Made by a program: the position numbers and the translations under genes. DNA of 64,000 nucleotides, from contig OZ116703.1 of the NCBI GenBank assembly GCA_964199315.1, positions 14,942,001 to 15,006,000 on the forward strand. Direction: 5' to 3'. The notes beneath the pieces were generated by a model. It worked only from the letters and a program-made list of their open reading frames with translations. It ran no database searches and was not told the DNA's origin. Each line of letters begins with the position of its first letter. Positions within the stretch are counted from its first letter, which is position 1. Below, in pieces: positions 21,226 to 33,975 of this stretch. Source of the stretch: Orbicella franksi (Eukaryota).

Positions 21226-21400
21226 TGTTTAAGTCCAGTCTGTTCCCCCTGACACTTTTGATATCCTGTAAACAATGTTTACATCGCCCGACACGCTTGT
21301 TAACATCGTTGACGAGAGGAACAGCTCCCTCGTGCCGCTTATGTGTCTTCAATTCAAAAGTAAAAACTGTAACACACAGGCTTGTAGCGCGAGCAATAAC
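21226..21400 (-). pseudogene. Fragment of a duplicate of ankyrin paralog 2
   Basis: 21226-21305 aligns at roughly 80% with 25785-25865 (SGNVNIVKTISKVFRRNRLDVN region) with a 1-bp deletion. Weaker similarity extends to about 21400. Confidence 0.75.
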
Positions 21401-22390
21401 GAGGCCCTTTTTAGCTCTCATGAAGGTGGACAGAAATAATCAGAAATTTTTAGTAAACGACGACTACCTAATGACATACAAATGCACTGTAAAAGACACG
21501 GAGAGAACACCACGTGTTGTATATTGTAGCTTTTGAAAGAAAAAACAGAGATATTCTTCAGTCGATTACAAATCAATGCAAAGCCTTACCACTGAACATA
21601 GTCCAGTCCCTGAACACCCCGCGCTATATGGGGGTTGAACCCGGGCGCGCGAAAAAAAAAACCTGTGTGAGTTCAACCCCTAGAAAGGATGAGTTGGGGG
21701 ACAAAACTACACTCCCACCACCCGCCCCCCCCCCCTCCCCCACTTCAGTTTGCCGATACAAGGGTTATAAATGTTTGCCCTATATCAGTAATTGCCTCCT
21801 GCTTATTTTCTTTTCTCCGCCTAGCCTCGGTCTGGCTTTTCAGTAACTCTGGGTCCAGTTACTTGTTTCCTCCTCCAATATTACAGAGGCAAATACACAA
21901 AAGAAGGACAAAATTATAATGATCGGTCTAAGACGTTTCATTTGATTTTACTCGACATATCTTAACATTGACTCAGTACACGCATACTAATTTTAATGGG
22001 ATAATATTTTCCATTCACAATTTTTCTAGAAAAGCCCAAATTTTTCTGTGGCAAATATTTCCTTATTGTCACTAGGTATGCCGGTATCTTGGAATGGTAC
22101 AGGAATTACTCAGTTCCTGAATTATTTCTTTTTGCGACGTTTATGGTGAAAGGGTAGCCTAAAAATTATTCTGTCGATCATTTTGTGCCTTTTTGCAAAC
22201 AATATTTGGGAATTAGCAAAGAAAAACTTCCGTTCGATTGACAACAATTATTCAAGAATGACTCAATCTGTGAAACGCGAAAAAGCGGCTCGTATCCCGA
22301 CCAAGTAATCATTGTACGAGTTTGTTGAGCTTAGTTAGCTATCGATAACACATCCTCGCAGACTACACTGAGGTCACGTTTCAGCCGAGA

Positions 22391-23822
22391 ATGATTTTGA
22401 TTTACGCTTTTTTGTGTCTGTTCTGTTGTAGTTTACTGTTTCAGCCAGCAAGTAGCGTGACGAATGCATCGAACCAAGTTGCGTCCAACAAAACGCCAGT
22501 TTGTCCCCCGTCGACCAAATGCCACAACGTGCACTTCAACAACTATTACTCAGGACCACCAAACAAAGACATCAAGGCGCATCTCATCAAAATACAGAAT
22601 CAACTCGCAGATGTACAGAAAAAAATCGATGCAATGACCGGGAACAAAACTTTTAAGCCAGGTAAGTGAACACTACGGATAAAATTCTTTCGCTTTCTCG
22701 TTGCTCGCTGTCATGTACTGAAATAACTCTATACTTTTGCAGTGAAGAAAAACTGTGCTGAGCTGTATAAATCTGGCGAAAGAATCAACGGTGTTTACAC
22801 AATCGACCCCGATGATTCAGGTGCCTTTGACGTCTTCTGCGACCAAACAACAGCCGGTGGAGGGTGGACGGTATTCCAGAAAAGATTGGATGGCTCCGTT
22901 GATTTCAATCGTGGTTGGGCCGACTACAAGCGTGGCTTTGGTAATCTGAATGGCGAGTTTTGGCTGGGATTGGACAAAATTAACCGCCTGACGAAGGCAA
23001 AGAACAGACTGCGAGTGGATCTCGAAGATACACAAGGAAAGACTGCATACGCTGATTACGACATGTTCGCTGTTGCAAGTGAAAGAAATAACTATAAACT
23101 CAGTCTTGGAACATATTCTGGTAGGCGATGCAACCTGTTTGCTTAGCCGGTTTTAGATCAGTTTTTGTAAGCTGTAAATCCGCCAAGTTCTCTCTCCTCC
23201 AAAAGAAGAAAGCATCAATTTATACCGTCAGTTAATGTTCATTAAACTGAAACATGCATGCTTTGTTTTGGGAAGGTAAGGATTCACAAACATATTCCCA
23301 TTTTTACGTGTAGTGACTCACATAATCACCACGCGATTAAGTTCCGCTGATCTGCCACAAAAGTAGATGTAGGGCTTTCAGTGCTTTGCCTGATCCCCAC
23401 CCCACCCCCTGGTCACTGAGTTTTGTTCTCTCCTCTCCGAAAATGAAACGCAGTTTCCCCAAAGACCTCTAATCGTTCCCATGCAAGTCGAAACTTCCAG
23501 AAGGGCCGCGGTTCTCGTGCTCCAGCGCGTTAATCGCTGTGTTTTTTGTACGCCTTTATTTTCAGGTACTGCTGGTGATTCATTGGGCTATCATCGTAAC
23601 TCACCGTTTTCAACCAAAGATCGCGACAATGATAACAATAAGGGAAACTGCGCCACGGTATATAAAGGAGGCTGGTGGTTCAATTCGTGCGTAGTTGCCA
23701 GCCTCAATGGCTACTATTACAATGGGCCTCACAAATCCTACCACGATGGCGTCAACTGGCGTTATTGGAAGGGTGGAAGCTACTCTGCTAAGAGGGCAGA
23801 GATGAAGATCAGGCTCGCGTGA
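22391..23822 (+). CDS. Secreted fibrinogen-related domain protein, copy 2, intact, 301 aa
   Basis: Exons 22391-22661, 22743-23120 and 23566-23822 with GT-AG phase-1 junctions and a complete FReD. Confidence 0.92.
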
Positions 23823-24179
23823 TTGTAAAAACTCGTTCGAGGCGTTTGTCAGTTTCATTTTCCCGTTGTAGATTAAAAAAAAATAGTAGAGACCTCGAGT
23901 CAGTTTTGTATCTTAATGTGGTCATAACTTTTGTGGTACTGTTGGAGATTATGTTGCACACGGTGTGGGTCAAACTTATGAACGATAGAGTAGTACACAG
24001 TCCATTGTGCTTTCATTTGGGTGATTCATTCTCTCGGTAATTGGGTTTTTAAATTGAAATGCAGTCGCTTTTTTTAATGTTTGAGTGGGTATTGTATTGG
24101 CATAACAATTTTAATAAAGCCATGGTCGCCTTTTCTCAACTATTGCCTGATTTTGTTTCCGGTCTTTTGTCTGGTTTTT

Positions 24180-24506
24180 CAGCCGTTTTAGTCATAAATA
24201 GGGTATCGATTTTGGCCATTTTGGTTATAAACAGGGTATGGTTTTAGCACTCTAGTCTTTAATTGGGTATATTTCTTAGAAGCTACTTTTTCTTCGTTTT
24301 CAATAAGAACGTCAACAAAAGCCCTTCATAACTTAAGTTTAAGGCAACTGCGCCAGCCGCAACGGTCATAAATAGGGCACTGAATTTTTGGCCAGGTCAT
24401 AAATAGGGTAGGAAAAATCGCAGATTTTGGTCATAAATAGGGTAAGGGTTTTGGGAAGTGGGCGGCACACCCCCACCCAACTTTTCTGGGAGCACTCCCC
24501 CCGGGG
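24180..24506 (-). mobile_element. CCCGGG-terminated non-autonomous repeat carrying multiple CCCTATTTATGACC motifs
   Basis: Reverse complement of the element at 53213-54440. Repeated GGTCATAAATAGGG. Confidence 0.7.
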
Positions 24507-25490
24507 TAATAGGATTTCAGTTATCAGTTAAATTTTTGGCGATTTCTCAGCTGTCATCCCATTTCACAACTACGTACTCATAAGTAAATTTCGAAGAATT
24601 CCGGCAGCTATCAGTTAAAAACGCTTCTTTTCGCAGCCAAAAATTTGACCAATTCTCCAGTCCTTTTTAAATACTTTTTAAATATGTTCTGAAACTCTTT
24701 GGCAATGCTATCTCTCCACCTTCCGACACTGCTTCTCACCGGCTTTACCACTTAATTGTATCCAAACTAAATCTAGCACAACGCGAAAACTGTTGGACGC
24801 GAAATTAAAGGTTTTGTTCGAATTTTCATTTTCTTGAAAAGAGTATTTGGGTTTTCGTTGTTGTACTCTCGGCTGTTGTCACTAAGTACATGTTAGACAT
24901 GAGTTCTCTCCTACAATAGACGTAGTAGTTTTTGGCATCGCTCCTACTCAGTTTCGCTCTTAGTCTTAGCCGTAAAAGACCGCCAGGTTAAGTTCAAATC
25001 TTGAAGTTAAAAAATGCTTGAAAGCTCGAATAGTAGTGACAGACTGATGAAAATTATCCTTGTTATAACAGACTTGTTTAACTTTGTTTTATAACTTTGC
25101 ATGGAGTTAGAACAGAAAACTTTCAGCTGCCACATTCAACTCCTCTGCAGTTTGAGTCATTTAGCATTTCCACGTAATGATACACTTTCTTATTTTAATC
25201 ATTCTTCTGTTTTTTCACAAACCAATGTTATCTTGTCTTGTTCTCAGTCCTACATAAACATTAATAATTTCTTACCTAATTAAAATTTGTAATTAAAACA
25301 TCATTCTCTATGGGAAAACTGCTTATTATGCAAACTAAACGACATTAAATTACCCGGACATTGTTAGAGAAGTTTTCCTACTTCAACGTACTCCAGTTTA
25401 TTTCATGGGAGGCGATATCACAATCTTGAGCGACGATCCAGGTGTCCCGTGAGTTAATCTTCTAATCTTTACAACGTAATCTCTTTTTAA

Positions 25491-26321
25491 TCAATAAGCC
25501 GAGTGCTTCACACCACCTCCAGACCTGCAATTTCGAGGATACGAATTTGTAAGCTGTTCTGTGTACAGACCAAATAACCTCGGGAGATTACAAGAGTTTT
25601 GCCGCAGTCCTGTGTGCGGCTTGTTCTTTTTCTGTCCTAGTGAGGCGCTGAATGCGTCTCGCAGTAGATTTGTCTCGTCGGCACATGGTGTTACATGGCC
25701 TTCGTTCAAAAGCACCTCCGCGCAGTCACTAAATTTTTTGCTGTATGCGATCTTTAACGCACTTTTTCCTCGATTGTTGACTCTGTTTACGTCAAGTCTG
25801 TTCCTTCTGAAAACTTTTGATATCGTTTTAACAATGTTTACATTGCCCGACATGCTTGCCAACATTAAGTTCGTGTTTCCCTCAAAATCAATGCTTCCCA
25901 ATGCAAGGTCTACCTCGGGATGGCTGAAAAACAACTTGACCATATCCTCTCGTCCCAGAAGACAGGCCCACGACAGAGCCGATCGACCAAACTTGTCCAA
26001 TAATTTTACTTTTGCGCCGTAGTTCATCAGCATCTTCGCGGTCCTTCGACGAAGTTTAATGTTTTCTAAAAACATGGCTCTAATCAACGCTGTTTGCCCA
26101 CTGTCCAAATCTTTGCAGTTCACGTTAACACCTGCGTCCAACAGCAGGCGAACTTGCCGAAGTCTCCCTTGGCTAACTGCTTCTAAGAGAATTCTTGGTC
26201 TTCCACTTACAACAGAATGACTCTCGTTGCCGCAGTTTTGCAAATGAGTGTCTATCCACGCTACCTTTCTATCGTCAGGCGGTTGCCTTTGGTGACCGAC
26301 AGACAACGAAGGAGCCAGCAT
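25491..26321 (-). CDS. Intronless ANKRD63-like ankyrin-repeat protein (paralog 2), 276 aa
   Basis: LLEAVSQGRLRQV...GQTALIRA...GRSALSWAC...GNTNLMLAS...GKSALKIA. Confidence 0.85.
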   Translation of the reverse strand: MLAPSLSVGHQRQPPDDRKVAWIDTHLQNCGNESHSVVSGRPRILLEAVSQGRLRQVRLLLDAGVNVNCKDLDSGQTALIRAMFLENIKLRRRTAKMLMNYGAKVKLLDKFGRSALSWACLLGREDMVKLFFSHPEVDLALGSIDFEGNTNLMLASMSGNVNIVKTISKVFRRNRLDVNRVNNRGKSALKIAYSKKFSDCAEVLLNEGHVTPCADETNLLRDAFSASLGQKKNKPHTGLRQNSCNLPRLFGLYTEQLTNSYPRNCRSGGGVKHSAY

Positions 26322-28668
26322 AGCTAGTCCCCTTCTAGGCTTCGTTTAAGTCTCGCAAAGACTGTTTACTTCGTATTCAGCGGAACTCTAACCTGCTTTC
26401 AATGGACTCACAGGGTGATCTGTTGAATTGTGACACCGTTTCATATCATTGTAACTGCTCGTTCAACTCACTGTTGATTAAAATTCATCTAATAATTTCT
26501 TGTCCCATTGTCTCCAAGCTCTTTGTTGTGACAAGAACGCCAATGGATGATATGGGGTTTTATTGCACGGTAGGTCAGGCATGACTGGCCTTTTGAATTT
26601 ACTGATTGGGCAAGAATAAATGTTCTAACAAGTCAGGGTCACGTATGAAGGCTTTGCTATTACTAGACTAAAAATATACGCCAAATATTGATGTGGTAAT
26701 TTTGTTACTTGTAGTTTCGTAACCAAGAGGGAGATATACATAAATGATTTGCGATCTATTTGCATATATACACACACAATCTTTAAGGACAGAAGGATAC
26801 TTTATCAAACTCGCATGACAAAGAAGAGATGTGAATTAATTATTCTGGGGATAAGGCAGGAAACTCAACACGTTGTTACCTTCTTGTCACGTATACAATC
26901 TGAAGAAATACAGAAGTGTTTTCTCGATAACAAGTTTGTTTCATACTGTAAAACTTGAAACAAAGTTGTTACTCCGGTCCTCACCTTCCAAAAAGGAAGT
27001 TATCAAACTACCTGACTTATTTTTTTTTTTGACGTCATCCTGACAGAATAGTTATAATCATAATAACTTTCAACTCCCGAGCTTTCGCCCAGTTTTCTAA
27101 TGAAATTATGAGTTTCGGAGAGTCTTCAAGAATTTTCACAAAGAATCGGTGTTAGAAACAGTGGACGGTTTACCCCCGTCTATCGTCTTTCGACTTTGAT
27201 GGTTGACTCTGACTTTCGCCTCTCACAAACCGTCAACCGCTATTTTAGACAAACAAGCCGGCGTATTTTGAAAGTCATCCTTGACTAGACTCTCAGCGTT
27301 CTTTTACTGACAGCCACATGAAATAACAAACAAGCAGGCAAGGGGATAGGCATAACATAATGAGGGCAACCTTTGTAGGCAGTGTTGAAGTGTACGAAGA
27401 CCGCCAATCGTACTTCCTATTTCACGATGTCCTGCGCACGGAGTCACTTCGAGACGGTAAAAAGTACAAAAATCACTTTAAAGTACATTTTAATCCATTT
27501 TGGTTGAATTGCTGTCTATCTTTCTCATCGAAAGGTGGAGCATTTTTAAGATGATAATAGATGGATTCTTCAATCACAGATTTTGAGAACTTTAGGAACA
27601 TGTTTGACTGGCACCATATATATTCAAGCCAACTTTTCCCAAAAGGCATCGTGCGTTCAGATTGTTAGTACTTTGCTTGCATTGAACCCTGATTTGTTTG
27701 TTAATAAGTGCTAAATACATATGAATTATCCTCCTGTCTGAGAGAGTTGAGCACGCGATTTTCGCAAAAGAAGTTGCTAGGCAACAATGGAGACATCGTG
27801 GAGCCGAGCTGACGGGGTCATTACATCGAACTACGTGAGTAGTAAAGCCAATTTTAAAGTGGAAATTCGCTGATAACGTAACGTGGGGCAAATTGAAATC
27901 GAAGAGCCAAGAGGAGTTGATTTTTTTCAGCTAATTTTACCTTTCACGTATCGCTTAAAAATCACTCTTTGTTTACTCTTATCTGATGGTATTAGTCGAG
28001 GAGTTGATGCCCCGGGGTTGATGCTCACAAGCATCTAATTAAACATCGGCAGTTTGATGGCCACAGATCGAACATTATCGCTAGGAAACTTGTAAAGCAA
28101 GTCTAAAATAAAACTATGACTTTCCACGAATTCTCCAACTTGTTTTTTTTTCAATAATCTGTCCTCTCGCGTTTTCTACGGAGTCGTTTGCTTTATTTGA
28201 CACGTGAGTTAGTTGGTTTTAACTAAACTCTAATCTTGTTATCCACCGCCGCAAATAATTTCATGCTGTTTATTGCTCAAAGGAAGTGCGTGTAAGACAA
28301 AGTTAAGTACATCAAGACAAAGCAAGTACAGGGAAGACAAAAGGCTATTGTGTTCGAATAATAGCTCGTGCGTATTGTAAGGGTTTTAGAGGAGCTCTCA
28401 AATAAGATTGAATGCTAATTCACTCTTGATTCGTGCTAACAGGCTAGCATTACTGTCAAGACTCTATTGTAACCAAAATCCGCCTTTACGTAAGTGCTTT
28501 GCAATTGGATTCTATAAAAGTTTTTCACAATGGAAGTAATCCTCAAAGGAGTTAGGCCCATTAGCTTCAAGGTATAAATGAATGTGACTAATATATGATG
28601 TATTGACTTGTTTTGCTAACGGTTTCTATAGTATTCCAGGACTGCGCGAGGAGAAATCAAACTTGGCC

Positions 28669-30198
28669 ATGTTGTTGGACGCCGTGTCAAGAGGTAGAAT
28701 CTACCAAGTGAACTTCTTACTTGAGTCAAGTTATGAGGATGTGAACAAGGTGGACGAAAACAGACAGACTCCTCTGATGAAAGCGATTTTTCTTCCCGAC
28801 AAAATGCACCGAACTCGCTACAAAATCGTCAAGATTTTACTCGAACACGGAGCGCACGTCAATGTTGTTGATCGCGAGGGGAAGACAGCCCTCATGTGGG
28901 CATGTATTCGCGGACAGGAAAATGTCATCCGAAAAATCCTGGACTCTTCTCTTTTGGATCTTGATTTGAACAAGGGAGACAAATTCGGCAACACGGCGCT
29001 ATTCTACGCCGCCTCCAGCGGCCAAGTAAATACTGTGAAGATGCTTGTTACAGCGTTAAAGCGATTTGGATTGGATATCGATAAAAAGAATGCGCAGGGA
29101 ATGACTCCGATTCTACAAGCTACTAAACAGGGGCACGATGCGTGCGCTCAAGTCCTCATGACCGAAGGAAAAGCTTCTCTTACGATCAGAGACCCCGAAA
29201 CTTTTCTCAACACTAAAGAATGGGCTGAAAAGCGTTCTTTGACCAATTTGTCAGAGCTGATTGCGCGGAGGAGCCCGTCTCCACAACTCGCTGTTCAAAA
29301 CGTTGAAAACGATTCAGAGCCAGATGGACAAACACCAAGACCGGCTTCAGATTTAGCAAATAAGAATATTCAGAACAACTTTGTTCAAGAAAACAGGGCT
29401 AATGAGATGGCACTTTCACTGCAACAAAGAAGACACTCAATTGACAAAAAGATTAGAAGGACAAGCGAGACATCCTTGCCTACGTCACCTCAGTGTCAGG
29501 AGAACACGTTGCCATCAGAAACCAAAAAAGCGGGGTCGGTTTCCCCCAGAAGTATCACTACTACTGTGTCTTTGACAAGGAGGAAAACTGAGCAGATGGC
29601 GAAAATTAAAGGCGGAGCGGTTCCTCTCACTGCAAAATCAGAAATGTGTAGACTTCTCAGCCTGTATGGTATTCAACATTCAGAGTCGTACAGACATAGT
29701 TTTGATCCAATTCTGTTACCACCAAGTGGGTACTGGCCCGATCCACTGGCTCATCTCAGAGACAATGCGTCGTCAGTCACAGATGACCAAGAACTCGAGA
29801 TGAACTTGTTAGACCTTCTTAGACCACGCGGCTCGGGTCGTCGGAGGTCTTCGGCTTTTCCCGGAGCTCCCGAAATGGGTCGCAGAGGTAGCAACGTCAG
29901 TTTTCGTGATGGTCGACGGGGATCGACGATGCTCGGACTTGGTCCGGGAATGGGAAAGAGAGGCTCTATTTCTCCAACAATGCTGGGAAACAAAAACTTT
30001 CTTGAAGCTCCTGGCTTGTCGTCGCGAAGAACGACTTTGAGTGCGAACGCAACGCGAGGAACCACTTCTCTACTGAGTCCTTTCGACAGAAGACGATCGT
30101 TAATGCCCAGGGGCTCTGAGCAGACTAGACCCACTCTCCCTCGGAGGACAACCACGCACTTAGTACCGAGTTTAGGACACATTGTGGAGACGCCTTGA
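28669..30198 (+). CDS. Intronless ANKRD63-like ankyrin-repeat protein (paralog 3), about 509 aa
   Basis: First ATG at 28669 (MLLDAVSRGR, aligning with the start of paralog 1). Motifs RQTPLMKA, GKTALMWAC, GNTALFYAA and LKRFGLDID..GMTP, close to ANKRD63 as recalled. RRSS/RRGS-rich tail. Confidence 0.88.
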   Translation: MLLDAVSRGRIYQVNFLLESSYEDVNKVDENRQTPLMKAIFLPDKMHRTRYKIVKILLEHGAHVNVVDREGKTALMWACIRGQENVIRKILDSSLLDLDLNKGDKFGNTALFYAASSGQVNTVKMLVTALKRFGLDIDKKNAQGMTPILQATKQGHDACAQVLMTEGKASLTIRDPETFLNTKEWAEKRSLTNLSELIARRSPSPQLAVQNVENDSEPDGQTPRPASDLANKNIQNNFVQENRANEMALSLQQRRHSIDKKIRRTSETSLPTSPQCQENTLPSETKKAGSVSPRSITTTVSLTRRKTEQMAKIKGGAVPLTAKSEMCRLLSLYGIQHSESYRHSFDPILLPPSGYWPDPLAHLRDNASSVTDDQELEMNLLDLLRPRGSGRRRSSAFPGAPEMGRRGSNVSFRDGRRGSTMLGLGPGMGKRGSISPTMLGNKNFLEAPGLSSRRTTLSANATRGTTSLLSPFDRRRSLMPRGSEQTRPTLPRRTTTHLVPSLGHIVETP

Positions 30199-31343
30199 AA
30201 GACTTGAAATAGTTAGGATAAGAACACTCTCTGATAGAAGAACACCGAGTGAATTAACTCATTTTAAATCAATGCGTACAAATGCAATAAATCAAAAGAA
30301 AACCCTTGGGGTATAATGGCAACACTGATCTTTCCAAACCGTCACTGTAAATACCCACACTTTTGACACAGAAAAATAAAAAAAATTGCTGTTGCAAAAA
30401 CCAAAACCATTGCCTAAGATCGTAATTTGTCACGTTTTGAAACGAGATTGTTTTCGATGTACAATATTGACCTAAATACGGGTTTACCCCATGTACGGTT
30501 AGCTGGTCTTAGTACGGCGGTACCAACTGCTGTACAGGTCAGGGCACTGAAGGAAAGAACGGGGGGAAGTAGTAATTTATCCTGATAAATTCAAGAATCA
30601 CTTTAATTTTACTTGTCACGCACCCGTTTTTGCTTTCATCACACGCCTGTTTGCTAACATCACATGTACAGATTCTCCCAACTGTTTGGATTGCTTCAAA
30701 ACGACATATCAGTGGCTTGTCTAAAGCCAGAATATTTATGGATTACTGACCAAGCGTGAGGTCAAGATAGTGAATATTGGCCAAGTTCTTTTTTGCATGT
30801 TTATGGACCGAGGCAAAATCGAGGTCCATAAACATGCCAAAAAACGTGGACTTTACCTTACCTACTTATGTGCCTACCCCCCTTACCACCTTTTCATAGA
30901 GCTATCGTGTTGCTAACGGAAAAAAAGAAAAAAAATCTGATTATTAACCCACCCCCATTCAACTTTATTAAGTCCAAGAAATATTGTACTTCAAATAACA
31001 TGTGTTCCATGAGCATATTTTTCAAGAGCTCTCTCACCTAGATAGTCACATCAAATGACCGCCAAGATTGAATGGCTTAATAAGTAACAAAGCAAAAAAA
31101 AAAAAAAATAAATAAATAATAAAATAACCACAGGCACCTTCTTGTGATCAATCACTTTTATTTTAACAATTAATTACTATTAAAATGGTACAATATTTAA
31201 CAGGCCTCTTGCACCAGAACATATCAGCTTCTTGTACACAAACAAAACCAATACAGTTGATAGTTGTGTCAAAGTGCATCACCATTTACAAACAGTCAAA
31301 TCCAAAAAGAAATAAGCCAGTCGCACAAACAAGCAAAATATCA

Positions 31344-33196
31344 TCAAATACGACCAGGGAAGGTGCCATTCTCAACTTGTTCAGACCAGTTCTCTACCTA
31401 CAAGAGAAAGTTATACATTGACTTCAATTAAGAAAATAACTTCCACCGTACATTTACTAGCCTCCATAGCAGGGGTTAAATGGGGAAAGGAGAAGCTAAT
31501 TGCTGATGGAAGGTGGGGGACTGGGAGTTGCCTCCATACCCTTGCCCCATAGGGTAAGGTAAGGTAACTTTATTTTAAGTTGTAAACGTAGGGAGTCTTT
31601 GCCCAATCTCCTGAGCCAGGGGCTTGTGACAAAAACGCACGACTTTTTACAATGACATTGCCGGTACTACTTACAATTACTGTACTGCTAAGATAAATTC
31701 AGAATTAAAATATAAAATATTCCTTATTAAATATTATTAAATATTTACACTTGCACCATTTACCTATGATGGGACTTATGTTAAACAAATAGGCATCTCT
31801 TAGATCACTTACAATTTGTAAGTAATGCAGCAACTTTATAATACATAATGTCCTAGCCCACATGTACAATGGGGGTACAAAAGTGATCTACTGATCAGAG
31901 CAGAGAGAGACATAGAATAGCAAAACGTTCACCATGTGCCACCATCTTAGAAATGAGACTTGAGTCAAAAGAAACAAGATGAAAGAGGCAACTTACTTTT
32001 GTGCAGTAACGTAGCGACAGCAGCAGTGAAAAGCATTGCTTAGACTGACAGTTTAGTAATACAGGCAAAATTTTCTTTCAACTTGTCATACAATGTTGTT
32101 GCATAATTTGTGGCAATATGTTGCACAAAGTGTGAGTTCAATTTTCTGTGCACAACATGTTACTTCAAGATTTTTTGGTGGTTTTATGGCTTATGTCTCT
32201 GAAAGTACTTGTTTTACACATAAAAGATTCCTTTTATTTGAATCTCTTTATTGCCATGAGTATATGCCTAGTCGGCTCCCAATCAGAAGTGCGCCTTTTT
32301 TTCCAGTCTGTGATTGTGGCATTTTTTCCTAAACATTTTCAGTTGTGTAATAAATCTCTTATTACCCAAGCTTGTTGCGACCTGCACCACAAGAATATTG
32401 GGCCTCAGTCTCCTTTGTACGGACCTTGCTGCACTCTGTCTATACTGTCAAGACCTCGGACCAATATTTTCCCAGTATGGTCCTCATGCTTGGTTAATAA
32501 GATATATATACAGTGTATTGCCCTGGTCTACTTATATGGCATATTCTAAAATCAAGGATTCCTCAAATGTCTCAGCATGTTAAATCATTCTGGAAATGAA
32601 ACTCTGTATTTCTCTGGTGGAGGGGGAATAGCTTTTTGTTGTAGATTGTTTTTTTGGTATTATGAAACAATGGGAAGCAATCCCTCTTTATAGTAAGGCT
32701 AGCACCATGAGCAGGCAAGATATACTGCAGCTGCACTCTGATACGCTTCACAAGTAGGCAAGATGAGGCTATCTTGCCTGCTAGTTATTACCAGAAGTTT
32801 CCTTCAAGAACATGGCATTCTTTAAGTCGTGTAATAATCCTTCCCAAGCTCATCTGGTCAAGACGGCTTGATAGCAGCCTTGATGTTGACTGCATCTCAG
32901 TCCATAATAATGAAAAAAGAACTTGAGTAAAATACAGCCATCTTGACCTAATGTCTGGTCAACAGCCTGCATATTTTCACTGACTACAGATCTTATTAAC
33001 TTACCCAACTATCAGGGCATAGAGATTTATAGACCTTTCGAAAATAAACACACTTCTCATCTTCCTCTCCAAACTTCTTTGAACAGCGATGGAAGTCCAC
33101 AAAATTCTGCCAGCAGTTCTTTGTCTGGTTAGTGTATGGGAACCTTGCATCAAATGGAGCAGTCTTCAGTTCAAATTTCTTTTCTTCTTCCGCCAT
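31344..33196 (-). CDS. COX6B1: Cytochrome c oxidase subunit 6B, 81 aa
   Basis: Exon 33196..33005 ([27 protein letters not shown]...[16 protein letters not shown]) plus exon 31397..31344 ([17 protein letters not shown]). A non-coding exon donor lies at 33750-33754. Confidence 0.96.
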
Positions 33197-33754
33197 GATC
33201 TTTGTTTATCCTTTAGACAACTACAAGTAAAAGACTGATGCAAGTATTCAAATTGGTAATATTTTTCTCCTAGTAGCTTTGTAAATCCAGTTGCTCACAT
33301 TTCCCAATCTAATATTCTGATCAATCCTACAACACGTGCCAGGAAACGAAAACAATAGCCAATAGGAGCACTGTGTTTATTAAAGCCTAACAAAGACATC
33401 CCTTAAGATGTGTCTCTGAAGAAAATTTGTAACATGACTTTTCTATTTAAGGAAGTGGTTTCTACAAAAATATCCTACCAAGCCTGCACCTGAAAATCAA
33501 ATTAAGAATCTCAAGCAGTGATTCATATGGGTTGTCATCAATTTAGGGGCTACTGATATAAGGACATAGCACTCTATAACTGTGTTCTTGGAAATTCCTT
33601 CATCACAGATATCAGCATGAATATAGTTTCCTTGCTTAGCTCGCCATATCATCAACAAAATTCACAGCTAATTTCGTTTCTGAATCTGCACTCAGTATGA
33701 TTTCAGAACCATCCTATGTTACAACCTCTATTAAAAACAGTAAATGATGCTTAC

Positions 33755-33975
33755 CGATCCTAGACGCCACACAAAAAAATGAGTAAAAGTACAAACTACG
33801 TGCGAAATACAACGTACAACTCTCAAGATGGCGGAGACCGGTAGATACAACTACGCATGCGTGACTCATTGGGTGCGTAAATTGAACAATAATTGATGTA
33901 CCCTCTGATGTGATTCTACCCATGATGCATCACTGCTCGCGCGTTGAACTTCAGTTTCGATTATGACGTGAGGTA
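33755..33975. promoter_or_regulatory. Putative bidirectional promoter / first-exon region for COX6B and LENG8
   Basis: Opposite-facing donors (CTTAC at 33750, GAG|GTATGA at about 33973). YY1-like CAAGATGGCG at about 33824, NRF1-like ACGCATGCGT at about 33853, TGACTCA, TGACGT. Confidence 0.55.

Larger units (their letters stand above)
17650..26321. repeat. Tandem segmental duplication: [promoter-FReD-3' flank-ankyrin gene] x2, units about 17.65-21.9 kb and 21.95-26.3 kb
   Basis: Homologous promoters, exons, intron 1 and 3' flanks (19420-19740 vs 23823-24150). The block at 21101 matches 25160, and an ankyrin fragment at 21226-21305 matches 25785-25865. Confidence 0.8.

Noticed and set aside
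23481-23565. ATG-initiated extension of FReD exon 3
   Set aside because: Intronic. The true acceptor TTTTCAG at 23565 matches copy 1, and the extension is absent there.
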